Source: Macrostomum lignano (taxonomy: Eukaryota). From it: DNA of 51,858 nt. The stretch is taken from the NCBI GenBank assembly GCA_002269645.1, contig NIVC01004281.1, positions 1 to 51,858 of the forward strand. The letters run 5' to 3'. Of this stretch, positions 32,701 to 44,533 are shown piece by piece (position 1 is the stretch's first letter; each line of letters starts with the position of its first letter). A program made the translations under genes and the position numbers. The notes beneath the pieces were generated by a model that was given only the letters and a program-made list of their open reading frames with translations, did no database searches and had not been told where the DNA came from.

Positions 32701-35700
32701 AGACACAGGCAATGCTGAAGCAGTTCAGACATTGGCAATGCTGAAGCAGTTTAGACACAGGCAATGCCAAAGCAGTTTAGACACAGGCAATGCTGAAGCA
32801 GTTCAGACACAGGCAATGCTGAAGCAGTTTAGACACATGCAATGCTGAAGCAGTTTAGACACAGGCAATGCTGAAGCAGTTCAGACACAGGCAATGCTGA
32901 AGCAGTTCAGACACAGGCAATGCCAAAGCAGTTCAGACACAGGCAATGCTGAAGCAGTTTAGACACAGGCAATGCTGAAGCAGTTCAGACACAGGCAATG
33001 CTGAAGCAGTTCAGACACAGGCAATGCCAAAGCAGTTCAGACACAGGCAATGCTGAAGCAGTTTAGACACAGGCAATGCTGAAGCAGTTCAGACACAGGC
33101 AATGCTGAAGCAGTTCAGACACAGGCAATGCCAAAGCAGTTTAGACACATGCAATGCTGAAGCAGTTCAGACACAGGCAATGCTGAAGCAGTTCAGACAC
33201 AGGCAATGCCAAAGCAGTTTAGACACAGGCAATGCTGAAGCAGTTCAGACATAGGCAATGCTGAAGCAGTTTAGACACAGGCAATGCTGAAGCAGTTCAG
33301 ACACAGGCAATGCTGAAGCAGTTTAGACACAGGCAATGCTGAAGCAGTTCAGACACAGGCAATGCTGAAGCAGTTCAGACACAGGCAATGCTGAAGCAGT
33401 TTAGACATTGGCAATGCTGAAGCAGTTTAGACACATGCAATGCTGAAGCAGTTTAGACACAGGCAATGCTGAAGCAGTTTAGACACAGGCAATGCTGAAG
33501 CAGTTTAGACATTGGCAATGCCAAAGCAGTTCAGACACAGGCAATGCTGAAGCAGTTTAGACACAGGCAATGCCAAAGCAGTGCTGGGTATACTGTGTAT
33601 ACCGAGGAATAACAAATAATCTGCACATGTTCCTACTGCAAGTAGTTTTTAGAGGTTAGAGTAAATTTACAGTAAATGCTCGTAGAATGCAAAACTCTGT
33701 GTCCCGAACTCAGGCCATGATTATCTCCCCGTCTCCGCCAGTGCCTGCCGACTCCGTTGGCCTGGTTCTCCCACCAGCTGCCGCCCTGGTTCCAGGCTCT
33801 GTGCGTTGTGGCCACCTTCGTTATCGAAATTGCTGTGCCGTTTCTGTTCTTTGTGCCCGTCCGGGCGGTTAGGAAGTTCTGCTTCTTCTCGCAGGTGAGA
33901 GGCTGAGGTTAACTTGCTAGGTGTATCTATAATAGTTATAAACTGGGCTAGATCCTCAGTTGCTGGGCTACCGCCACCCCTCCCCCAGATCCTCAGTTAT
34001 GGGCCACTGCCACTCCCCCCAGATCCTCAGTTGTGGGCCACTGCCACTCCCCCCAGATCCTCAGTTGTGGGCCACTGCCAAGTGCCACTCCTCCCAGATC
34101 CTCAGTTGCTGGGCCACAGCCACTCCTTCCAGACTCTCGGTTGCTGGGCCACCGCCACTGCCCCCCCCCCCACCCAGACCCTCAGTTGCTGAGCCGCCAC
34201 CCCAGACCTAGACACTATTACATATTTACACACTATTAGTATATCACTGTACCAATTTTTCAGCTGCTCCTGCAATGCTCCATCATAGTGTCCGGCAACT
34301 ATAATTTCTTCAACTTGCTCACCATCTGTCTGTGTCTGTCGCTGCTTCACGATGACGATTTCTCGACTAGAAAAGGGCCCAGGCGAGCCGCGGGTGAGTG
34401 ACTGGTTTGTGGTTTTCTCACCGCACAGCCTTGATTCCCATCAGGAACTCATTTCCCAGCAACTGCATCCCACGCAGGACTGAAGCTGCTGGAGTGGGGC
34501 ATCTCAGCCACTCTGTTTGTGGGGCTCTTCTATCTGACCGTGCGCCTGTTCAGCCTGTCTGTGGGCCCGGATTTCGCGTCAACAGTAAAGTTGGTGAGCG
34601 CTTAAATAGTGTATAAAAAGAATTTGAACCTTTCAAGTTAGTTTTTTATATTCGAAAATTCTCCGCTGCAAAATTCTACCAGCCTTCAGCATGAACGATC
34701 TGGTGAAGTTCAACCGCAGCGGCCTGGTGCTGTCTGTGTATGTGGGGCTGGCCTGGCTTGTCTACGAGGTGCTGGCGGCTGTTGTCCGGTGAGTTCCTGT
34801 CTGGGTATGGGTTGGAGTGTGGGGTTTCTGTCTGGAGATGGGTTGGGGAGTGGGGTTTGTGTCTGGGTATGGGTTGGAGTGTGGGGTTTCTATCTGGAGA
34901 TGGGTTGGGGTGTGGGGTTTGTGTCTGGACATGGGTTGGGGTGTGGGGTTTCTATCTGGGGATGGGTTGGGGTGTGGGGTTTCTATCTGGGGATGGGTTG
35001 GAGTGTGAGGTTTCTACCTAGGGATGGGTTGGAGTGTCAGTTTCTATCTAGGGATGGGTTGGAGTGTGGGTTGCTATCTGGGGATGGGTTGGAGTGTGGC
35101 GTTGCTATCTGGGGATGGGTTGGGGTGTGGGGTTTCTATCTGGGGATGGGTAGGAGTGTGGGGTTTCTATCTAGGGATGGGTTGGAGTGTGGGGTTTCTA
35201 TCTAGGGATGGGTTGGAGTGTGAGGTTTCTATCTAGGGATGGGTTGGAGTGTCAGTTTCTATCTAGGGATGGGTTGGAGTGTCAGTTTCTATCTGGGGAT
35301 GGGTTGGAGTGTGGGTTGCTATCTGGGGATGGGTTGGGGTGTGGGGTTTCTATCTAGGGATGGGTTGGAGTGTGAGGTTTCTATCTAGGGATGGGTTGAA
35401 GTGTCAGTTTCTATCTAGGGATGGGTTGGAGTGTCAGTTTCTATCTGGGGATGGGTTGGAGTGTGGGTTGCTATCTGGGGATGGGTTGGGGTGTGGGGTT
35501 TCTATCTGGGGATGGGTTGGGGTGTGGGGTTTCTATCTGGGGATGGTTGGAGTGTGGGGTTTCTATCTGGGAATGGGTTGGGGTGTGGGGTTTCTGCCCG
35601 AGCTCTATGAAGACAGGGCAAATGGGCCTCCCCACAGCGCTGCTCTGCACTGCCGAGGCGTTCTCGGCAGGCTGCTCGGCCTGCTGCAGGCAATGCTGCT

Positions 35701-37255
35701 GTCAGCTTTCGTTGCCTTCGTGTTCACAGCCAGCCTGGTGCCCCACGCGGCCACCGACGAGGCTCTGCAAGCTCAGCTGCCGTATGCGGTGCGCAGCGTC
35801 TATGGCCGAACCAGCGGCCTGGAGATTGTCAACAGCTACGGACTTTTCAGGCGGTGAGCTCGGATTTTTGCTTGCCTCCCAGATCTCCCACAGTCCCCCA
35901 TCAGATCTCCCTCAGTCCCCATCAGATCTCACACTGTCTCCATCAGATCTCCCACAGTCCCCATCAGATCTCCCACAGTCCCCATCAGATCTCCCACAGT
36001 CCCCATCAGATCTCCCACAGTCCCCATCAGATCTTCCACAGTCCCCACCAGATCTCCCACTTACCCCCATCAGATCTTCCTCAGTCGCCATCAAATCTCC
36101 CACAGTCCCCATCAAATCTCCCACAGTCCCCCCATCAGATCTCCCACTGTCTCCATCAGATCTCCCACAGTCGCCATCAGATCTCCCACAGTCGCCATCA
36201 GATCTCCCACAGTCCCCATCAGAGCTCCCACAGTCCCCATCAGAGCTCCCACAGTCCCCATCAGATCTCCCACAGTCCCCCATCAGATCTCCCTCAGTCC
36301 CCCCATCAGATCTCCCTCAGTCCCCATCAGAGCTCCCACAGTCCCCATCAGAGCTCCCACAGTCCCCATCAGAGCTCCCACAGTCCCCATCAGAGCTCCC
36401 ACAGTCCCCATCAGAGCTCCCACAGTCCCCATCAGAGCTCCCACAGTCCCCATCAGAGCTCCCACAGTTCCCATCAGAGCTCCCACAGTCCCCATCAGAG
36501 CTCCCACAGTCCCCATCAGATCTCTGACAGTTCCCATCAGAGCTCCCACAGTCGCCATCAGAGCTCCCACAGTCGCTATCAGAGCTCCCACAGTCCCCAT
36601 CAATCCCCGATCCCGCAGCATGACGGGCGTGGGCGGCCGGCCCGAGCTGGTGCTGGAGGGCTCGCACAGCGCGGAGGGGCCGTGGCTGGAGTTCGGCTTC
36701 CCGCACAAGCCGGGCAACCTCAGCCGAGCCCCCAGCCTGGTGGCGCCGCACCAGCCCCGCCTGGACTGGCAGATGTGGTTCGCCGCTCTCGGCAGCTACC
36801 AGCAGAATCCCTGGCTGCTGCACCTTGTTCACCGGTTGCTAAGCAACGAGCCCAGCGTCCTGGCCCTGCTTGATGAAAATCCGTTTGCCGGGTCGTCGCC
36901 ACCTCGGTACATCCGTGGCCAGCTGTACATCTACCGGTTCACCAGGCGGGGCGACCCCGACAGCCGGCGAGGCCGCTGGTGGCGGCGGGAGCTGCAGGCT
37001 GAATACCTTCAGCCGGTGAACCTGGCCACCATGGCTCGCTTCGCCGAATCGCAGGGCATCTCTAAGAATCCACCGCCGCCACCGAAGCCGACTGGCGGGC
37101 CGTCGGCGAGCTCCGCGGTTGCCGCTGCCGCTGCTCGACTGGCGACGACCATCAGAGCGGCGATCGGCCAGCCAGACGGCTTTTGGGCGGTGGTGTCCGC
37201 AGCGGTGACCGCGGCCTGCGTTCGGATGGCTTCCCGGGCCGTCCTTGCAGGCTGA
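23728..37255 (+). CDS. LMF2: Lipase maturation factor 2, 9 exons
   Basis: Exons 23728-23818, 31953-32006, 32191-32636, 33742-33894, 34264-34393, 34460-34593, 34683-34788, 35638-35853, 36619-37255. Motifs [11 protein letters not shown]|[48 protein letters not shown]|[23 protein letters not shown]|[25 protein letters not shown]. One base is missing near 34575-34578 (exon 134 bp, needs 135). Confidence 0.93.
24945..26520 (+). repeat. 186-bp satellite array, left arm of the foldback element
   Basis: GCCGCTAC-type anchor recurs at 25081, 25267, 25453, 25639, 25825, 26011, 26197, 26383; nine copies of the TTTTACGCATG half-unit. Confidence 0.95.
27255..28640 (-). repeat. 186-bp satellite array, right arm (inverted)
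   Basis: Eight copies of the CATGCGTAAAA anchor; one unit carries a 1-bp A deletion near 27770. Confidence 0.95.
32658..33581. repeat. 26-bp minisatellite (GCAATGCTGAAGCAGTTYAGACACAG)n, LMF2 intron 3
   Basis: About 35 tandem copies. Confidence 0.95.
33948..34210. repeat. ~33-bp C-rich minisatellite (AGATCCTCAGTTGTGGGCCACTGCCACTCCCCC)n, LMF2 intron 4
   Basis: About 7 diverged copies. Confidence 0.88.
34799..35595. repeat. ~30-bp G/T-rich minisatellite (GGGGTTTCTATCTGGGGATGGGTTGGAGTGT)n, LMF2 intron 7
   Basis: About 26 copies; many G-runs, so G-quadruplex potential. Confidence 0.93.
35878..36602. repeat. 21-bp minisatellite (CCATCAGAKCTCCCACAGTCC)n, LMF2 intron 8
   Basis: About 33 copies; AGATCT variant at the 5' side, AGAGCT variant at the 3' side. 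Confidence 0.95.
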
Positions 37256-37410
37256 GATCCCATAGGCCCAGCCTATGGTCCATGGACTGCCAACTTGATA
37301 AGCCCAGCCTATTGGACTGGTCCATGGACTGCCAATTTGATAAGCCCAACCCATTGAACTGGTCCATGGACTGCCAATTTGATAACTCAACCCGTTTTGA
37401 CTCGTCCATG
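37255..37410. repeat. ~43-bp repeat (GGTCCATGGACTGCCAATTTGATAAGCCC...) in the LMF2 3' UTR
   Basis: 3-4 diverged copies directly after the stop codon. Confidence 0.8.
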
Positions 37411-38784
37411 GACTACGAGCTAATGGTAATGTGGTGTCATTTTGAGTCGTGTTTCTCTCTTTAGTTTAAACGATGCGCGTGTATTTATGGGGTTACAGTT
37501 AGCAGCAGTTGTGCATTTGCAATCAGCGCTGGTTGTAACTCGTTTTATGTTTCCTGTTTTTTCTCGGTGTGCTTGTAGTGCAACTTGCCCGTAGGAATTA
37601 CTTGTTTTCCAAGCCTTACGTAGCAATTATCTAAATTTAGCAGCTTATTAACCAATTTTTCTGCAACTTTATCCGTGTAGGCTCTGTAGGCAGTTCCTTG
37701 TGTGCTCCTCGTTCTCAGCAAACTTTATTAAAACTGACAGCTAGCCATCATGCAGTGGTGATTTATTCAATGTATTTCTTGCTCTCTTCTACTGCTCTAC
37801 TATCAGTAGCACAATGGGGCGTTCGAGTTTTTGCCTTATTAATTACCTCAAAAAATGGGGGACTGCTACGTGAACAGAATTGAAAGTTTTTTAATACAGC
37901 TAACGAATAAGCGTACATGAACTTGTTCGGTAAAGCGCGCAAAGTTTTAAATGCGAAATTTTAATACGAGTACGAATGTAGCGCAGTGCGTACGGATTGG
38001 TGCGGTACGGACCAATTCTGCTCTTGTAAAAACAAGCCTTTGCAAAGATCAGGCGAGCGCTTGGGTGGTTTAACTCGGCTGTCCTGTTGAAACATTCATT
38101 TAAAAAGTACAGTCTGTCTTAGCTGATAAGGTGGTGATTTCCATATCTACTGTACTTGAACAGGCGGTCTTGTCTTGCTGAGACAGATATTACAATACCT
38201 TCGGCAGAGGTATGGTGCGCGAAAAGTGGCGTTTGCCCTCTTTGGGTTAGAGGGCACAAGCACTGGTCATCACAATGCAAGTTGTAGAATCCTCGGCTCC
38301 CCATTTACTCCACCAGCTCCCCAGTACTCCAACAGCTTCCATTGACGTCACCAGTCCTTGTGACTAAACAAATACTAAAAGATGCATATGATAATCAATG
38401 GACTGGAGAGGGCAGCGCAGGCCCCAGAACCCTCTGTGCTGATCTCATTGAACCTTGCAAATCGATCTCTCACCGCAACCTGAGTGGGGCATTCTAATTA
38501 AAGAAGCTCTCGGTTGTTCTGAAGCTGTCATCGAACGAAAACATGACAGGAAACCGATCGAATGGGGTGAATGTGAAAGTACGACGTGACTTGTATACGC
38601 ATCAGGTGATTTCGATAGCGAGATATACGCTCATGTTTGCATGATTTTTGTGGAATCGATGCTCAAAAGCGAGACGCAAAGGATGGAATGGAGATTGAAA
38701 ACACGACCTTTAATTTTTATGATTAGTAAAGAAGTACGAGAGGGAGTCAGAGCGAGGCGAGAGTAGGAAAGTTCGAGCGATAGC

Positions 38785-39190
38785 AGGGAGTCAGGGCGAG
38801 AGCAGGGGAGTCGGGGTGATAGCAGGGGTTAGGGCGAGAGCAGGGGAGTCAGGGCGAGAGCAGGGGAGTCAGGGTGATAGCAGGAGTCAGGGTGATAGCA
38901 GGGGTCAGGGCGAGAGCAGGGGAGTCAGGGTGATAGCAGGAGTCAGGGTGATAGCAGGGGTCAGGGCGAGAGCAGGGGAGTCAGGGTGATAGCAGGGGAG
39001 TCAGGGTGATAGCAGGAGTCAGGGTGATAGCAGGGGTCAGGGTGATAGCAGGAGTCAGGGTGATAGCAGGGGAGTCAGGGTGATAGCAGGAGTCAGGGTG
39101 ATAGCAGGGGTCAGGGTGATAGCAGGGGTCAGGGTGATAGCAGGGGAGTCAGGGTGATAGCAGGGGAGTCAGGGTGATAGCAGGAGTCAG
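38785..39190. repeat. 18-21-bp minisatellite (AGGGTGATAGCAGGGGAGTC)n, intergenic
   Basis: About 21 copies. Confidence 0.93.
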
Positions 39191-39980
39191 GGGAGTGGTA
39201 TGGAGCTTTATATAGCCAATATAGCCTTTTTGAGTGGCATGGTAGATCAGTCAGTGTGGCTAAAGGATTAACATAGGCATTAGTTGTACTTGCTAACGAA
39301 GTACACAAAACACTCTGGGGGGAAACCGGAGCCTCCCAAATGGAAAGTACACGGCAATCTTTATAGGCTTGGTCAACTAAACCTAGCAGTAAAAATGCAT
39401 TACCCCGCCCAAGCCAAATAGCTAAGGCTAACAGTTGCAGTTAGCAGTTACTGCAGTGCCAGATAGGGGGCTGGCGGGCATACCGCATGAAGGGCAGATA
39501 GGCAAACTAGGCCAGTTAAAAGTGCACGCATGCACCGCAAACGCAAGCCGGCGCATGCCAAAATGGAAATTTCCATGCGCTGGTACCAGGCCTCGTGCCT
39601 GTGAGCAGCTCTGTAAGTGAAAGCAGACAGTTGAAGGCCAGTGCCGCTGAACCGTATGCACAGGTGTTTAACATAATTAACTAAATCAAGGTACAAAGCA
39701 TGTGCATATTTTTATTAAGCTAATCAACTTGGAAAATTAATCAGGCGCACCAAATCAGGCGGATTGCGATTGGAGAAAGTAAAAACCGTAATTCATTGAC
39801 ATGGTTAACATTCAGAAAAATTATCCACGGAGTCAAAATAAATGATTGGATGCTACAGAATGTCTGATAGATTTGCTGGCGAATAACTTCAGTTTCGATT
39901 TTTGCTGTAAGCACAATCAGAAAGTTGCTCATTTGTCGTTAAGCTCACAATGACTCGCTCAGGAGAGACTAATTCGCAAA

Positions 39981-40237
39981 CTGACTCGATAATTCCCCCA
40001 GACTGACTCGATAATCCCCCACACTGACTCGATTCTCGATAATCCCCCACACTGACTCGATTCTCGATAATCCCCAAGACTGACTCGATAATCCCCCAGA
40101 CTTGACTCGATAATCCCCCACACTGACTCGATTCTCGATAATCCCCAAGACTGACTCGATAATCCCCCACACCGACTCGATAATCCCCAAACTGACTCGA
40201 TAATCCCAAACTAACTCGATAATCCCCACACTGACTC
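39981..40237. repeat. ~21-bp minisatellite (ACTGACTCGATAATCCCCCAC)n downstream of the MEST-like gene
   Basis: About 11 copies with internal GATTCTC duplications. Confidence 0.9.
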
Positions 40238-40339
40238 GGTTAGAAAGGGAATTCAGCCGAGCAGATTATAAACGTCTGAACCGGCCAGCAACTGCAGCAG
40301 CTTTCGCTCAGAAGCTCCGCAGCCCCAGCTCGGGCAGTT

Positions 40340-41824
40340 TTAAACCTTCGCCCCTCCTCCGCCCTCCTCAGTCTCCTTGGCAACGCTGATAAGAAAATCG
40401 GCCCAGCTAATGGGCGCCTCCATCATGAGGAAGTGGCCCACGCCAGTCAGGAAGTGCAGCCGGCACTGCGGCAGGTAGCGCGAGTGCAGGGTCCGGGGAA
40501 TCGCCTGCGGGCTGACCGCGTCAGAGTCGCCCCAGAGCAGGCGGCAGGGCAGGCGCAGAGAGCCGAGCGAGTCCAGCCAGCGCTGCTCGAACAGGAAGCG
40601 GTCGTCCAGGTACCGGATACTCCGGTGCAGGTTCCAGGCGGCGCCGAACTCCCGGTTCAGGTCCAGCAGGTCGGCGATGTCGGCGTTTCGCTGGGCCTCG
40701 TCGGCGCCGGGGCCCCAGATGGAGCGGAGCTGCTGATTGACGAAGCCGGGGGCTGCAGGCCGCTGGCGCCGAGCCAGGCCAGCGCCGGGCCGAGCAGCGG
40801 CAGGCGGAGGATGCGCTGGCTGAGGCGCAGACTGGCCAGGCCGATGATCATGCCGCCGTTGGTGAACGTCACCGACTGGAAGAAGCCGTGCTGGAACCGG
40901 TCGGGTAGGAGGCCGCGCGAGTGCCGCGTCAGCAGCTCCGCTAGCACGGAGTCGCCCATGTCGTGCGCGACCGCGTGGCACCTGCCAGAAGAGTTGGTGT
41001 CGGTGGAATGCTGTATGAAATCAACATTCGAGTCAAGGCTCGTGAGCGCCCCAGGCACTCATTTTGGCGCCGCAGGCACTCATTTTAGCATCGCAGGCAC
41101 TCATTTTAGCACACAGGTACTCATTTTGGCGCCGCAGGCACTCATTTTGGCGCCGCAGGCACTCATTTTAGCGCCGCAGGCACTCATTTTGGCGCCACAG
41201 GCACTCATTTTAGCGCCGCAGGCACTCATTTTAGCGCCCCAGGCACTCATTTTAGCGCCCCAGGCACTCATTTTGGTGCCGCGAGCGCTATATTTTGTCG
41301 CCCTGAAGCAAAATTATTGATTTTTTGAAAAGCATTGGCATGACGCCCCTGATTCAAGTGCGCAAGCCTCACCGCCGCACACCGAGCGCCTTCCACACGG
41401 CCAGCGTGACATCGGCGTGGTCCTGGATGGAGTAGGAGTAGTTTGCCGGCAGCTGGCCGGAGAAGCCGAAGCCAACGTGGTCGAACATCACCACCCGGTG
41501 GAAGCCGGCCAGCAGCCGGGGCAGCGCTTTGCGATAGTCGAAGCTAGACGAAGGGAAGCCGTGGATGAGGCACAGCTGCCTGGCCTCGGCGGCGTTGGGG
41601 TCGCCGGACCAGTTGGGCCGGTCGGCGGTCAGGGTGAACACCCGGTAGCCCGGGAGCACCTCCAGGATGCGGCCGGCCGCGTGCCACTGCTGCAGCGCCG
41701 GCGACAGGTTGGCGAGGTTGGCCGATGGCCGCTCGGGCGGCTCCGGCACGTTGAGCAGCAGCCCCAGCAACAGGGCGACCGCTGCGATCAGGACAGTGCC
41801 CAGCCAGCGGGCGCAGGCAGACAT
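40340..41824 (-). CDS. MEST: MEST-like alpha/beta hydrolase (epoxide-hydrolase subfamily), 2 coding exons
   Basis: Exons 41824-41373 and 40981-40340. N-terminal hydrophobic anchor, LSPALQQWHAAG, HGFPSSSFD, FDHVGFGFS, AHDMG (Asp nucleophile, cf. SHDYG), TNGG, LLWGDSD, GHFLMMEAP. One base is missing in the G-run 40748-40752. Acceptor AG lies 2 nt before the ATG; a probable 5' UTR exon donor lies near 42355. Confidence 0.9.
41045..41285. repeat. 21-bp minisatellite (GCGCCGCAGGCACTCATTTTR)n, MEST-like coding intron
   Basis: About 11 copies. Confidence 0.93.
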
Positions 41825-41827
41825 GGC

Positions 41828-42325
41828 TGCGGGGGCGGTTTCGGGTTTGGCTGGGGGCGACTCTGGGTTTGGCTGGGGGCGATTCTGGGCTTAGCTTGGG
41901 GAGATTCTGGGTTTGGCTGGGGGCGATTCTGGGCTTAGCTTGGGGAGATTCTGGGTTTGGCTGGGGGCGATTCTGGGCTTAGCTTGAGAAGATTCTGGGT
42001 TTGGCTGGGGGCGATTCTGGGCTTAGATGGGGGCGATTCTGGGTTTGGCTGGGGGCGATTCTGGACTTGGCTGGGGGCGATTCTGGACTCAGGTTGGGGA
42101 GATTTTGGGTTTGGCTGGGGGCGATTCTGGGCTTAGCTTGAGGAGATTCTGGGTTTGGCTTGGGGCGATTCTGGGTTTGGCTGGGGGCGATTCTGGGCTT
42201 AGCTGGGGCGATTCTGGACTTGGCTTGGGGCGATTCTGGGCTTAGCTGGGGCGATTCTGGACGTGGCTTGGGGCGATTCTGGGTTTAGCTGGGGCGATTC
42301 TGGGTTTATCTGGGGGCGATTTTGG
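41828..42325. repeat. 21-22-bp minisatellite (GGGGCGATTCTGGGYTTRGCT)n, putative MEST-like 5' UTR intron
   Basis: About 23 copies. Confidence 0.93.
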
Positions 42326-43124
42326 GTTTATAAATTGGCCAGGAGAATGCTCACCTTCAAAGCTGGATAAAGGCAGTTCTCAAGTCTCAGTGGAATTCGA
42401 GTGCCGATTCCGATTAAAATTGGTAGGAAAGGCTTTAGAATGACTAACTAACACCTACTTCTCTTTTGTAAGCAAATCTGATTAATAAACGAACAAAGAA
42501 CTCGAAGCGGTAATGAATTATATGGAACTGCAACCGCCGCTTCATCAACTCGTGCCTTTCGCCGGCCGCGGGAGGGCAAAGCAGTTTAATATTGATGTAT
42601 TCGTTGCCAATAAAACAGAATAAAACGATGCAAAAATTCTAGTCTATCGCGGAGAAAAAGTGAACACGGCAGAGAGAGCAGCAGAGCCCAGCAGAAGCCC
42701 CCGGGCTGCCCAGGGACTCGCGGCTTGTGCAAAATCAACGAAAACTCGCTAGTTGTTAAATCGAGTGTTCTCGGTTAAATAATTAATTTAAGGAATAGAT
42801 CATTTGCTACTCGAATTCTTCGCGAGCGAGAAGCCCTGGAACTGTGCCAAATTCGCTATTATCAAAGATGCAGATCTTCAGAAACTTCTGGCACATCCGA
42901 ACAGTTCCCGACAGTGGCACGAATCAAATTCCACGGCTTCTCAGCTCCAATGTGGCAATTAAAGAGAAAAATATTTTCTATCTGACTGCTTCAGAAAATA
43001 TGATAAAAATGGAATACGCTGTTTAAACGCCTGCTTTCTTTTTTGTATCACGCAGGGAACTCTGTTTGCCTTCGATTCATTTCCCATCTGTACAGGATAG
43101 AACCAGACTTATTTCGAAAAGATA

Positions 43125-43762
43125 AGGGTTCCGCTTGTACCAGACTGTGGGTTCCGCTTGTACCAGACTGTGGGTTCTGCTTGTACCAGACTGTGGGTTC
43201 CGCTTGTACAGACTGTGGGTTCCGCTTGTACCAGACTGTAGGTTCCACTTGTACCAGACTGTGGGTTCCGCTTGTACCAGACTGTAGGTTCCGCTTGTAC
43301 AGACTGTGGGTTCCGCTTGTACCAGACTGTAGGTTCCACTTGTACCAGACTGTGGGTTCCGCTTGTACCAGACTGTAGGTTCCGCTTGTACAGACTGTGG
43401 GTTCCGCTTGTACCAGACTGTAGGTTCCACTTGTACCAGACTGTGGGTTCCGCTTGTACCAGACTGTAGGTTCCGCTTGTACAGACTGTGGGTTCCGATT
43501 GTACCAGACTGTGGGTTCCGCTTTGACCAGACTGTGGGTTCCGTCTGTACCAGATTGTGGGTTCCGCTTGTACCAGACTGTGGGTTCCGTCTGTACCAGA
43601 CTGTGGGTTCCGATTGTACCAGACTGTGGGTTCCGCTTGTACCAGACTGTGGGTTCCGCTTTGACCAGACTGTGGGTTCCGCTTTGACCAGACTGTGGGT
43701 TCCGTCTGTACCAGATTGTGGGTTCCGATTGTACCAGACTGTGGGTTCCACTGATGGGTTCC
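43125..43762. repeat. 21-23-bp minisatellite (GTACCAGACTGTGGGTTCCGCTT)n, intergenic
   Basis: About 28 copies. Confidence 0.95.
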
Positions 43763-44533
43763 ACTGATCCACTGAGAAACAACTGATGCGATACAAAAAA
43801 GAAAGCATTTCTACAAAAGGTGATAAGCAATCCAACTGGCAAGGGCATCTCACCGATCAAAAAGTCGAACTCGCAAGCAAACCAAAAATAAAGCAGAACA
43901 ATTTCGATGGCAACTCCGTCAAAAAACAACCAACAGAAAGACGCTCAAAACACAGAAAAAAACTTAACTATCAAAAAATGAAAAAGCGCCTGAGAAGAGG
44001 CAGGTATTAAAAAGGTGCACAGGAGCTAGTGGTCAAACAAACAAAAAACTGCAGGTCCATGTTGCCGTCGAAATAGCGTGCAGAAGCTTCGCATAGCAAC
44101 TGGATAACCACTGAAAATCGTGCCGCTGCGCAGACGACAACAACAAATACGAGATAACAAAGCGTGAGAAAAAATTAGGCTAGTGAAAATGACTTATAAA
44201 TATTTTGATAAAACTATAAAATACGACAGAGTCTAAGAAGCTACGGGCTAGGCAACTATAAAGCAGATTAGCAACAGCATTTGGTGTGCCAGACCGCCCT
44301 TGCCCAGTGCTTCCGTCTGGTGCGGGTCGACACCCACAGAAACACTGGGCTGGCGGCTGCGGTCGGGCCGGGGGAGGGGGAGGCGGCGGCGGACACGAGC
44401 TGACGGCGGGGAGGCTGGCCGCAGCGGATGCAGCAGCGGCGGCAACTGGGCGGCTTGGTGGCGGCCGCCCGGCGCGATACGCATAGGGGTGGGGCGGAGG
44501 GGATTAGAATCCCAGCCGCTCCACCCCGAGTCC

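Noticed and set aside
35854-36873. His/Ser/Pro-rich long ORFs; likewise 6523..7097, 34740..35236, 39889..40229 and 43043..43929
   Set aside because: Stop-free frames of 21-33-bp minisatellites; the flanking real exons splice around them.
39315-39345. GGGGAAACCGGAG motif reminiscent of L2/SINE 3' regions (similar word at ~10898)
   Set aside because: Too short; no further consensus match, tail or TSD found.
201-41824. Calling the CRAL-TRIO, perilipin, LMF2 and MEST-like genes pseudogenes
   Set aside because: Only isolated single-base losses, with intact splice sites and motifs and no nonsense codons; assembly error is more parsimonious.
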